Below, piece by piece: positions 26,701 to 40,365 of a stretch of 64,000 nt of DNA. Origin of the DNA: Auanema rhodensis (lineage: Eukaryota; Animalia; Nematoda); contig OZ059894.1 of NCBI GenBank assembly GCA_964057225.1, positions 20,336,001 to 20,400,000 on the forward strand. Reading direction: 5' to 3'. Made by a program: the position numbers and the translations under genes. A model generated the notes under the pieces. That model saw only the letters and a program-made list of their open reading frames with translations, ran no database searches and was not told the origin of the DNA. Numbering within the stretch: the first letter of the stretch is position 1; each line of letters opens with the position of its first letter.

Positions 26701-29700
26701 CTTTTTTCAAGGCAAAGACGATGAACAATGTTATTCAAGGAAAAAATTAATTCTTCAGGGTGAAAATCGAGGATATAAGTGTAAACTTATATCAGTTGAT
26801 ATCTCGGTGCATTTTTAAGCTAGCGCAAATCTGATAACACAGATCGACGCAGCTTAAAAATCCGCATCGAATGCACTATACTACATTGAGAAACGCTTTA
26901 TACAAAAATTAGTTATGATCGTTTGAAAAATGATGCATTAGTGTATGTTGAGTTTCCATGTACACTCAACATTGCTTCCAAAAACATTTTGACAAAAATT
27001 TTTTCGAAAAATTTCAAAATAAATTAGCAAAAAGTAGATGTTTTTAGATTCCTTTTTTCAAGGCAAAGACGATGAACAATGTTATTCAAGGAAAAAATTA
27101 ATTCTTCAGGGTGAAAATCGAGGATATAAGTGTAAACTTATATCAGTTGATATCTCGGTGCATTTTTAAGCTAGCGCAAATCTGATAACACAGATCGACG
27201 CAGCTTAAAAATCCGCATCGAATGCACTATACTACATTGAGAAACGCTTTATACAAAAATTAGTTATGATCGTTTGAAAAATGATGCATTAGTGTATGTT
27301 GAGTTTCCATGTACACTCAACATTGCTTCCAAAAACATTTTGACAAAACTTTTTTCGAAAAATTTCAAAATAAATTAGCAAAAAGTAGATGTTTTTAGAT
27401 TCCTTTTCACAAGGCAAAGACGATGGACAATGTTATTCAACGAAAAAAATAATTCTTCAGGGTGAAAATCGAGGATATAAGTGTGAACTTATATCAGTTG
27501 ATATCTCGGTGCATTTTTAAGCTAGCGCAAATCTGATAACACAGATCGACGCAGCTTAAAAATCCGCATCGAATGCACTATACTACATTGAGAAACGCTT
27601 GATACAGAAATTAGTTATGATCGTTTGAAAAATGATCCATTAGTGTATGTTGAGTTTCCATGTACACTCAACATTGCTTCCAAAAACATTTTGACAAAAA
27701 TTTTTTCGAAAAATTTCAAAATAAATTAGCAAAAAGTAGATGTTTTTAGATTCCTTTTCACAAGGCAAAGACGATGGACAATGTTATTCAACGAAAAAAT
27801 TAATTCTTCAGGGTGAAAATCGAGGATATAAGTGTGAACTTATATCAGTTGATATCTCGGTGCATTTTTAAGCTAGCGCAAATCTGATAACACAGATCGA
27901 CGCAGCTTAAAAATCCGCATCGAATGCACTATACTACATTGAGAAACGCTTGATACAGAAATTAGTTATGATCGTTTGAAAAATGATCCATTAGTGTATG
28001 TTGAGTTTCCATGTACACTCAACATTGCTTCCAAAAACATTTTGACAAAAATTTTTTCGAAAAATTTCAAAATAAATTAGCAAAAAGTAGATGTTTTTAG
28101 ATTCCTTTTCACAAGGCAAAGACGATGGACAATGTTATTCAACAAAAAAATTAATTCTTCAGGGTGAAAATCGAGGATATAAGTGTGAACTTATATCAGT
28201 TGATATCTCGGTGCATTTTTAAGCTAGCGCAAATCTGATAACACAGATCGACGCAGCTTAAAAATCCGCATCGAATGCACTATACTACATTGAGAAACGC
28301 TTGATACAGAAATTAGTTATGATCGTTTGAAAAATGATCCATTAGTGTATGTTGAGTTTCCATGTACACTCAACATTGCTTCCAAAAACATTTTGACAAA
28401 AATTTTTTCGAAAAATTTCAAAATAAATTAGCAAAAAGTAGATGTTTTTAGATTCCTTTTTTCAAGGCAAAGACGATGAACAATGTTATTCAAGGAAAAA
28501 ATTAATTCTTCAGGGTGAAAATCGAGGATATAAGTGTAAACTTATATCAGTTGATATCTCGGTGCATTTTTAAGCTAGCGCAAATCTGATAACACAGATC
28601 GACGCAGCTTAAAAATCCGCATCGAATGCACTATACTACATTGAGAAACGCTTGATACAGAAATTAGTTATGATCGTTTGAAAAATGATGCATTAGTTTA
28701 TGTTGAGTTTCCATGTACACTCAACATTGCTTCCAAAAACATTTTGACAAAAATTTTTTCGAAAAATTTCAAAATAAATTAGCAAAAAGTAGATGTTTTT
28801 AGATTCCTTTTCACAAGGCAAAGACGATGGACAATGTTATTCAACGAAAAAAGTAATTCTTCAGGGTGAAAATCGGGGATATAAGTGTGAACTTATATCA
28901 GTTGATATCTCGGTGCATTTTTAAGCTAGCGCAAATCTGATAACACAGATCGACGCAGCTTAAAAATCCGCATTGAATGCACTATACTACATTGAGAAAC
29001 GCTTAATACAAAAATTAGTTATGATCGTTTGAAAAATGATGCATTAGTTTATGTTGAGTTTCCATGTACACTCAACATTGCTTCCAAAAACATTTTGACA
29101 AAAATTTTTTCGAAAAATTTCAAAATAAATTAGCAAAAAGTAGATGTTTTTAGATTCCTTTTCACAAGGCAAAGACGATGGACAATGTTATTCAACGAAA
29201 AAAGTAATTCTTCAGGGTGAAAATCGGGGATATAAGTGTGAACTTATATCAGTTGATATCTCGGTGCATTTTTAAGCTAGCGCAAATCTGATAACACAGA
29301 TCGACGCAGCTTAAAAATCCGCATTGAATGCACTATACTACATTGAGAAACGCTTAATACAAAAATTAGTTATGATCGTTTGAAAAATGATGCATTAGTG
29401 TATGTTGAGTTTCCATGTACACTCAACATTGCTTCCAAAAACATTTTGACAAAAATGTTTTCGAAAAATTTCAAAATAAATTAGCAAAAAGTAGATGTTT
29501 TTAGATTGCTTTTTTCAAGGCAAAGACGATGGACAATGTTATTCAACGAAAAAAGTAATTCTTCAGGGTGAAAATCGGGGATATAAGTGTGAACTTATAT
29601 CAGTTGATATCTCGGTGCATTTTTAAGCTAGCGCAAATCTGATAACACAGATCGACGCAGCTTAAAAATCCGCATTGAATGCACTATACTACATTGAGAA

Positions 29701-32700
29701 ACGCTTAATACAAAAATTAGTTATGATCGTTTGAAAAATGATGCATTAGTTTATGTTGAGTTTCCATGTACACTCAACATTGCTTCCAAAAACATTTTGA
29801 CAAAAATTTTTTCGAAAAATTTCAAAATAAATTAGCAAAAAGTAGATGTTTTTAGATTCCTTTTCACAAGGCAAAGACGATGGACAATGTTATTCAACGA
29901 AAAAATTAATTCTTCAGGGTGAAAATCGAGGATATAAGTGTGAACTTATATCAGTTGATATCTCGGTGCATTTTTAAGCTAGCGCAAATCTGATAACACA
30001 GATCGACGCAGCTTAAAAATCCGCATCGAATGCACTATACTACATTGAGAAACGCTTGATACAGAAATTAGTTATGATCGTTTGAAAAATGATCCATTAG
30101 TGTATGTTGAGTTTCCATGTACACTCAACATTGCTTCCAAAAACATTTTGACAAAAATTTTTTCGAAAAATTTCAAAATAAATTAGCAAAAAGTAGATGT
30201 TTTTAGATTCCTTTTTTCAAGGCAAAGACGATGAACAATGTTATTCAAGGAAAAAATTAATTCTTCAGGGTGAAAATCGAGGATATAAGTGTAAACTTAT
30301 ATCAGTTGATATCTCGGTGCATTTTTAAGCTAGCGCAAATCTGATAACACAGATCGACGCAGCTTAAAAATCCGCATCGAATGCACTATACTACATTGAG
30401 AAACGCTTTATACAAAAATTAGTTATGATCGTTTGAAAAATGATGCATTAGTGTATGTTGAGTTTCCATGTACACTCAACATTGCTTCCAAAAACATTTT
30501 GACAAAAATTTTTTCGAAAAATTTCAAAATAAATTAGCAAAAAGTAGATGTTTTTAGATTCCTTTTTTCAAGGCAAAGACGATGAACAATGTTATTCAAG
30601 GAAAAAATTAATTCTTCAGGGTGAAAATCGAGGATATAAGTGTAAACTTATATCAGTTGATATCTCGGTGCATTTTTAAGCTAGCGCAAATCTGATAACA
30701 CAGATCGACGCAGCTTAAAAATCCGCATCGAATGCACTATACTACATTGAGAAACGCTTTATACAAAAATTAGTTATGATCGTTTGAAAAATGATGCATT
30801 AGTGTATGTTGAGTTTCCATGTACACTCAACATTGCTTCCAAAAACATTTTGACAAAAATTTTTTCGAAAAATTTCAAAATAAATTAGCAAAAAGTAGAT
30901 GTTTTTAGATTGCTTTTTTCAAGGCAAAGACGATGGACAATGTTATTCAACGAAAAAAATAATTCTTCAGGGTGAAAATCGGGGATATAAGTGTGAACTT
31001 ATATCAGTTGATATCTCGGTGCATTTTTAAGCTAGCGCAAATCTGATAACACAGATCGACGCAGCTTAAAAATCCGCATTGAATGCACTATACTACATTG
31101 AGAAACGCTTAATACAAAAATTAGTTATGATCGTTTGAAAAATGATGCATTAGTTTATGTTGAGTTTCCATGTACACTCAACATTGCTTCCAAAAACATT
31201 TTGACAAAAATTTTTTCGAAAAATTTCAAAATAAATTAGCAAAAAGTAGATGTTTTTAGATTCCTTTTCACAAGGCAAAGACGATGGACAATGTTATTCA
31301 ACGAAAAAATTAATTCTTCAGGGTGAAAATCGAGGATATAAGTGTGAACTTATATCAGTTGATATCTCGGTGCATTTTTAAGCTAGCGCAAATCTGATAA
31401 CACAGATCGACGCAGCTTAAAAATCCGCATCGAATGCACTATACTACATTGAGAAACGCTTGATACAGAAATTAGTTATGATCGTTTGAAAAATGATCCA
31501 TTAGTGTATGTTGAGTTTCCATGTACACTCAACATTGCTTCCAAAAACATTTTGACAAAAATTTTTTCGAAAAATTTCAAAATAAATTAGCAAAAAGTAG
31601 ATGTTTTTAGATTCCTTTTCACAAGGCAAAGACGATGGACAATGTTATTCAACGAAAAAATTAATTCTTCAGGGTGAAAATCGAGGATATAAGTGTGAAC
31701 TTATATCAGTTGATATCTCGGTGCATTTTTAAGCTAGCGCAAATCTGATAACACAGATCGACGCAGCTTAAAAATCCGCATCGAATGCACTATACTACAT
31801 TGAGAAACGCTTGATACAGAAATTAGTTATGATCGTTTGAAAAATGATCCATTAGTGTATGTTGAGTTTCCATGTACACTCAACATTGCTTCCAAAAACA
31901 TTTTGACAAAAATTTTTTCGAAAAATTTCAAAATAAATTAGCAAAAAGTAGATGTTTTTAGATTGCTTTTTTCAAGGCAAAGACGATGGACAATGTTATT
32001 CAACGAAAAAAGTAATTCTTCAGGGTGAAAATCGGGGATATAAGTGTGAACTTATATCAGTTGATATCTCGGTGCATTTTTAAGCTAGCGCAAATCTGAT
32101 AACACAGATCGACGCAGCTTAAAAATCCGCATTGAATGCACTATACTACATTGAGAAACGCTTAATACAAAAATTAGTTATGATCGTTTGAAAAATGATG
32201 CATTAGTTTATGTTGAGTTTCCATGTACACTCAACATTGCTTCCAAAAACATTTTGACAAAAATTTTTTCGAAAAATTTCAAAATAAATTAGCAAAAAGT
32301 AGATGTTTTTAGATTCCTTTTTTCAAGGCAAAGACGATGGACAATGTTATTCAACGAAAAGAATAATTCTTCAGGGTGAAAATCGAGGATATAAGTGTGA
32401 ACTTATATCAGTTGATATCTCGGTACATTTTTAAGCTAGCGCAAATCTGATAACACAGATCGACGCAGCTTAAAAATCCGCATCGAATGCACTTTACTAC
32501 ATTGAGAAACGCTTGATACAGAAATTAGTTATGATCGTTTGAAAAATGATGCATTAGTTTATGTTGAGTTTCCATGTACACTCAACATTGCTTCCAAAAA
32601 CATTTTGACAAAAATGTTTTCGAAAAATTTCAAAATAAATTAGCAAAAAGTAGATGTTTTTAGATTCCTTTTCACAAGGCAAAGACGATGGACAATGTTA

Positions 32701-35700
32701 TTCAACGAAAAAAATAATTCTTCAGGGTGAAAATCGAGGATATAAGTGTGAACTTATATCAGTTGATATCTCGGTGCATTTTTAAGCTAGCGCAAATCTG
32801 ATAACACAGATCGACGCAGCTTAAAAATCCGCATCGAATGCACTATACTACATTGAGAAACGCTTGATACAGAAATTAGTTATGATCGTTTGAAAAATGA
32901 TCCATTAGTGTATGTTGAGTTTCCATGTACACTCAACATTGCTTCCAAAAACATTTTGACAAAAATTTTTTCGAAAAATTTCAAAATAAATTAGCAAAAA
33001 GTAGATGTTTTTAGATTCCTTTTCACAAGGCAAAGACGATGGACAATGTTATTCAACGAAAAAATTAATTCTTCAGGGTGAAAATCGAGGATATAAGTGT
33101 GAACTTATATCAGTTGATATCTCGGTGCATTTTTAAGCTAGCGCAAATCTGATAACACAGATCGACGCAGCTTAAAAATCCGCATCGAATGCACTATACT
33201 ACATTGAGAAACGCTTGATACAGAAATTAGTTATGATCGTTTGAAAAATGATCCATTAGTGTATGTTGAGTTTCCATGTACACTCAACATTGCTTCCAAA
33301 AACATTTTGACAAAAATTTTTTCGAAAAATTTCAAAATAAATTAGCAAAAAGTAGATGTTTTTAGATTCCTTTTCACAAGGCAAAGACGATGGACAATGT
33401 TATTCAACGAAAAAATTAATTCTTCAGGGTGAAAATCGAGGATATAAGTGTGAACTTATATCAGTTGATATCTCGGTGCATTTTTAAGCTAGCGCAAATC
33501 TGATAACACAGATCGACGCAGCTTAAAAATCCGCATCGAATGCACTATACTACATTGAGAAACGCTTGATACAGAAATTAGTTATGATCGTTTGAAAAAT
33601 GATCCATTAGTGTATGTTGAGTTTCCATGTACACTCAACATTGCTTCCAAAAACATTTTGACAAAAATTTTTTCGAAAAATTTCAAAATAAATTAGCAAA
33701 AAGTAGATGTTTTTAGATTCCTTTTTTCAAGGCAAAGACGATGAACAATGTTATTCAAGGAAAAAATTAATTCTTCAGGGTGAAAATCGAGGATATAACT
33801 GTAAACTTATATCAGTTGATATCTCGGTGCATTTTTAAGCTAGCGCAAATCTGATAACACAGATCGACGCAGCTTAAAAATCCGCATCGAATGCACTATA
33901 CTACATTGAGAAACGCTTAATACAAAAATTAGTTATGATCGTTTGAAAAATGATGCATTAGTGTATGTTGAGTTTCCATGTACACTCAACATTGCTTCCA
34001 AAAACATTTTGACAAAAATGTTTTCGAAAAATTTCAAAATAAATTAGCAAAAAGTAGATGTTTTTAGATTGCTTTTTTCAAGGCAAAGACGATGGACAAT
34101 GTTATTCAACGAAAAAAGTAATTCTTCAGGGTGAAAATCGGGGATATAAGTGTGAACTTATATCAGTTGATATCTCGGTGCATTTTTAAGCTAGCGCAAA
34201 TCTGATAACACAGATCGACGCAGCTTAAAAATCCGCATTGAATGCACTATACTACATTGAGAAACGCTTAATACAAAAATTAGTTATGATCGTTTGAAAA
34301 ATGATGCATTAGTTTATGTTGAGTTTCCATGTACACTCAACATTGCTTCCAAAAACATTTTGACAAAAATTTTTTCGAAAAATTTCAAAATAAATTAGCA
34401 AAAAGTAGATGTTTTTAGATTCCTTTTCACAAGGCAAAGACGATGGACAATGTTATTCAACGAAAAAATTAATTCTTCAGGGTGAAAATCGAGGATATAA
34501 GTGTGAACTTATATCAGTTGATATCTCGGTGCATTTTTAAGCTAGCGCAAATCTGATAACACAGATCGACGCAGCTTAAAAATCCGCATCGAATGCACTA
34601 TACTACATTGAGAAACGCTTGATACAGAAATTAGTTATGATCGTTTGAAAAATGATCCATTAGTGTATGTTGAGTTTCCATGTACACTCAACATTGCTTC
34701 CAAAAACATTTTGACAAAAATTTTTTCGAAAAATTTCAAAATAAATTAGCAAAAAGTAGATGTTTTTAGATTCCTTTTTTCAAGGCAAAGACGATGAACA
34801 ATGTTATTCAAGGAAAAAATTAATTCTTCAGGGTGAAAATCGAGGATATAAGTGTAAACTTATATCAGTTGATATCTCGGTGCATTTTTAAGCTAGCGCA
34901 AATCTGATAACACAGATCGACGCAGCTTAAAAATCCGCATCGAATGCACTATACTACATTGAGAAACGCTTTATACAAAAATTAGTTATGATCGTTTGAA
35001 AAATGATGCATTAGTGTATGTTGAGTTTCCATGTACACTCAACATTGCTTCCAAAAACATTTTGACAAAAATTTTTTCGAAAAATTTCAAAATAAATTAG
35101 CAAAAAGTAGATGTTTTTAGATTCCTTTTTTCAAGGCAAAGACGATGAACAATGTTATTCAAGGAAAAAATTAATTCTTCAGGGTGAAAATCGAGGATAT
35201 AAGTGTAAACTTATATCAGTTGATATCTCGGTGCATTTTTAAGCTAGCGCAAATCTGATAACACAGATCGACGCAGCTTAAAAATCCGCATCGAATGCAC
35301 TATACTACATTGAGAAACGCTTTATACAAAAATTAGTTATGATCGTTTGAAAAATGATGCATTAGTGTATGTTGAGTTTCCATGTACACTCAACATTGCT
35401 TCCAAAAACATTTTGACAAAAATTTTTTCGAAAAATTTCAAAATAAATTAGCAAAAAGTAGATGTTTTTAGATTGCTTTTTTCAAGGCAAAGACGATGGA
35501 CAATGTTATTCAACGAAAAAAATAATTCTTCAGGGTGAAAATCGGGGATATAAGTGTGAACTTATATCAGTTGATATCTCGGTGCATTTTTAAGCTAGCG
35601 CAAATCTGATAACACAGATCGACGCAGCTTAAAAATCCGCATTGAATGCACTATACTACATTGAGAAACGCTTAATACAAAAATTAGTTATGATCGTTTG

Positions 35701-38700
35701 AAAAATGATGCATTAGTTTATGTTGAGTTTCCATGTACACTCAACATTGCTTCCAAAAACATTTTGACAAAAATTTTTTCGAAAAATTTCAAAATAAATT
35801 AGCAAAAAGTAGATGTTTTTAGATTCCTTTTCACAAGGCAAAGACGATGGACAATGTTATTCAACGAAAAAATTAATTCTTCAGGGTGAAAATCGAGGAT
35901 ATAAGTGTGAACTTATATCAGTTGATATCTCGGTGCATTTTTAAGCTAGCGCAAATCTGATAACACAGATCGACGCAGCTTAAAAATCCGCATCGAATGC
36001 ACTATACTACATTGAGAAACGCTTGATACAGAAATTAGTTATGATCGTTTGAAAAATGATCCATTAGTGTATGTTGAGTTTCCATGTACACTCAACATTG
36101 CTTCCAAAAACATTTTGACAAAAATTTTTTCGAAAAATTTCAAAATAAATTAGCAAAAAGTAGATGTTTTTAGATTCCTTTTCACAAGGCAAAGACGATG
36201 GACAATGTTATTCAACGAAAAAATTAATTCTTCAGGGTGAAAATCGAGGATATAAGTGTGAACTTATATCAGTTGATATCTCGGTGCATTTTTAAGCTAG
36301 CGCAAATCTGATAACACAGATCGACGCAGCTTAAAAATCCGCATCGAATGCACTATACTACATTGAGAAACGCTTGATACAGAAATTAGTTATGATCGTT
36401 TGAAAAATGATCCATTAGTGTATGTTGAGTTTCCATGTACACTCAACATTGCTTCCAAAAACATTTTGACAAAAATTTTTTCGAAAAATTTCAAAATAAA
36501 TTAGCAAAAAGTAGATGTTTTTAGATTGCTTTTTTCAAGGCAAAGACGATGGACAATGTTATTCAACGAAAAAAGTAATTCTTCAGGGTGAAAATCGGGG
36601 ATATAAGTGTGAACTTATATCAGTTGATATCTCGGTGCATTTTTAAGCTAGCGCAAATCTGATAACACAGATCGACGCAGCTTAAAAATCCGCATTGAAT
36701 GCACTATACTACATTGAGAAACGCTTAATACAAAAATTAGTTATGATCGTTTGAAAAATGATGCATTAGTTTATGTTGAGTTTCCATGTACACTCAACAT
36801 TGCTTCCAAAAACATTTTGACAAAAATTTTTTCGAAAAATTTCAAAATAAATTAGCAAAAAGTAGATGTTTTTAGATTCCTTTTTTCAAGGCAAAGACGA
36901 TGGACAATGTTATTCAACGAAAAGAATAATTCTTCAGGGTGAAAATCGAGGATATAAGTGTGAACTTATATCAGTTGATATCTCGGTACATTTTTAAGCT
37001 AGCGCAAATCTGATAACACAGATCGACGCAGCTTAAAAATCCGCATCGAATGCACTTTACTACATTGAGAAACGCTTGATACAGAAATTAGTTATGATCG
37101 TTTGAAAAATGATGCATTAGTTTATGTTGAGTTTCCATGTACACTCAACATTGCTTCCAAAAACATTTTGACAAAAATGTTTTCGAAAAATTTCAAAATA
37201 AATTAGCAAAAAGTAGATGTTTTTAGATTCCTTTTTTCAAGGCAAAGACGATGGACAATGTTATTCAACGAAAAAATTAATTCTTCAGGGTGAAAATCGA
37301 GGATATAAGTGTGAACTTATATCAGTTGATATCTCGGTGCATTTTTAAGCTAGCGCAAATCTGATAACACAGATCGACGCAGCTTAAAAATCCGCATCGA
37401 ATGCACTATACTACATTGAGAAACGCTTAATACAAAAATTAGTTATGATCGTTTGAAAAATGATGCATTAGTTTATGTTGAGTTTCCATGTACACTCAAC
37501 ATTGCTTCCAAAAACATTTTGACAAAAATTTTTTCGAAAAATTTCAAAATAAATTAGCAAAAAGTAGATGTTTTTAGATTCCTTTTTTCAAGGCAAAGAC
37601 GATGAACAATGTTATTCAAGGAAAAAATTAATTCTTCAGGGTGAAAATCGAGGATATAAGTGTAAACTTATATCAGTTGATATCTCGGTGCATTTTTAAG
37701 CTAGCGCAAATCTGATAACACAGATCGACGCAGCTTAAAAATCCGCATCGAATGCACTATACTACATTGAGAAACGCTTTATACAAAAATTAGTTATGAT
37801 CGTTTGAAAAATGATGCATTAGTGTATGTTGAGTTTCCATGTACACTCAACATTGCTTCCAAAAACATTTTGACAAAAATTTTTTCGAAAAATTTCAAAA
37901 TAAATTAGCAAAAAGTAGATGTTTTTAGATTGCTTTTTTCAAGGCAAAGACGATGGACAATGTTATTCAACGAAAAAAATAATTCTTCAGGGTGAAAATC
38001 GGGGATATAAGTGTGAACTTATATCAGTTGATATCTCGGTGCATTTTTAAGCTAGCGCAAATCTGATAACACAGATCGACGCAGCTTAAAAATCCGCATT
38101 GAATGCACTATACTACATTGAGAAACGCTTAATACAAAAATTAGTTATGATCGTTTGAAAAATGATGCATTAGTTTATGTTGAGTTTCCATGTACACTCA
38201 ACATTGCTTCCAAAAACATTTTGACAAAAATTTTTTCGAAAAATTTCAAAATAAATTAGCAAAAAGTAGATGTTTTTAGATTCCTTTTCACAAGGCAAAG
38301 ACGATGGACAATGTTATTCAACGAAAAAATTAATTCTTCAGGGTGAAAATCGAGGATATAAGTGTGAACTTATATCAGTTGATATCTCGGTGCATTTTTA
38401 AGCTAGCGCAAATCTGATAACACAGATCGACGCAGCTTAAAAATCCGCATCGAATGCACTATACTACATTGAGAAACGCTTGATACAGAAATTAGTTATG
38501 ATCGTTTGAAAAATGATCCATTAGTGTATGTTGAGTTTCCATGTACACTCAACATTGCTTCCAAAAACATTTTGACAAAAATTTTTTCGAAAAATTTCAA
38601 AATAAATTAGCAAAAAGTAGATGTTTTTAGATTCCTTTTCACAAGGCAAAGACGATGGACAATGTTATTCAACGAAAAAATTAATTCTTCAGGGTGAAAA

Positions 38701-40365
38701 TCGAGGATATAAGTGTGAACTTATATCAGTTGATATCTCGGTGCATTTTTAAGCTAGCGCAAATCTGATAACACAGATCGACGCAGCTTAAAAATCCGCA
38801 TCGAATGCACTATACTACATTGAGAAACGCTTGATACAGAAATTAGTTATGATCGTTTGAAAAATGATCCATTAGTGTATGTTGAGTTTCCATGTACACT
38901 CAACATTGCTTCCAAAAACATTTTGACAAAAATTTTTTCGAAAAATTTCAAAATAAATTAGCAAAAAGTAGATGTTTTTAGATTGCTTTTTTCAAGGCAA
39001 AGACGATGGACAATGTTATTCAACGAAAAAAGTAATTCTTCAGGGTGAAAATCGGGGATATAAGTGTGAACTTATATCAGTTGATATCTCGGTGCATTTT
39101 TAAGCTAGCGCAAATCTGATAACACAGATCGACGCAGCTTAAAAATCCGCATTGAATGCACTATACTACATTGAGAAACGCTTAATACAAAAATTAGTTA
39201 TGATCGTTTGAAAAATGATGCATTAGTTTATGTTGAGTTTCCATGTACACTCAACATTGCTTCCAAAAACATTTTGACAAAAATTTTTTCGAAAAATTTC
39301 AAAATAAATTAGCAAAAAGTAGATGTTTTTAGATTCCTTTTTTCAAGGCAAAGACGATGGACAATGTTATTCAACGAAAAGAATAATTCTTCAGGGTGAA
39401 AATCGAGGATATAAGTGTGAACTTATATCAGTTGATATCTCGGTACATTTTTAAGCTAGCGCAAATCTGATAACACAGATCGACGCAGCTTAAAAATCCG
39501 CATCGAATGCACTTTACTACATTGAGAAACGCTTGATACAGAAATTAGTTATGATCGTTTGAAAAATGATGCATTAGTTTATGTTGAGTTTCCATGTACA
39601 CTCAACATTGCTTCCAAAAACATTTTGACAAAAATGTTTTCGAAAAATTTCAAAATAAATTAGCAAAAAGTAGATGTTTTTAGATTCCTTTTTTCAAGGC
39701 AAAGACGATGGACAATGTTATTCAACGAAAAAATTAATTCTTCAGGGTGAAAATCGAGGATATAAGTGTGAACTTATATCAGTTGATATCTCGGTGCATT
39801 TTTAAGCTAGCGCAAATCTGATAACACAGATCGACGCAGCTTAAAAATCCGCATCGAATGCACTATACTACATTGAGAAACGCTTAATACAAAAATTAGT
39901 TATGATCGTTTGAAAAATGATGCATTAGTTTATGTTGAGTTTCCATGTACACTCAACATTGCTTCCAAAAACATTTTGACAAAAATTTTTTCGAAAAATT
40001 TCAAAATAAATTAGCAAAAAGTAGATGTTTTTAGATTCCTTTTTTCAAGGCAAAGACGATGAACAATGTTATTCAAGGAAAAAATTAATTCTTCAGGGTG
40101 AAAATCGAGGATATAAGTGTAAACTTATATCAGTTGATATCTCGGTGCATTTTTAAGCTAGCGCAAATCTGATAACACAGATCGACGCAGCTTAAAAATC
40201 CGCATCGAATGCACTATACTACATTGAGAAACGCTTAATACAAAAATTAGTTATGATCGTTTGAAAAATGATGCATTAGTGTATGTTGAGTTTCCATGTA
40301 CACTCAACATTGCTTCCAAAAACATTTTGACAAAAATTTTTTCGAAAAATTTCAAAATAAATTAG
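20710..40365. repeat. Array domain II (monomers 60-115): J/K/L variant monomers
   Basis: Markers ttttcacaagg (monomers 62-111), ttcaaggaa (61-115) and gcattgaat are confined to this interval. Confidence 0.8.
35101..40014. repeat. Tandem duplication of a 7-monomer (2457-bp) unit
   Basis: Order J-L-K-K-L-M-N occurs in monomers 101-107 and 108-114. The rare marker aaaagaataat is at 36924 and 39381, 2457 bp apart. Confidence 0.88.
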
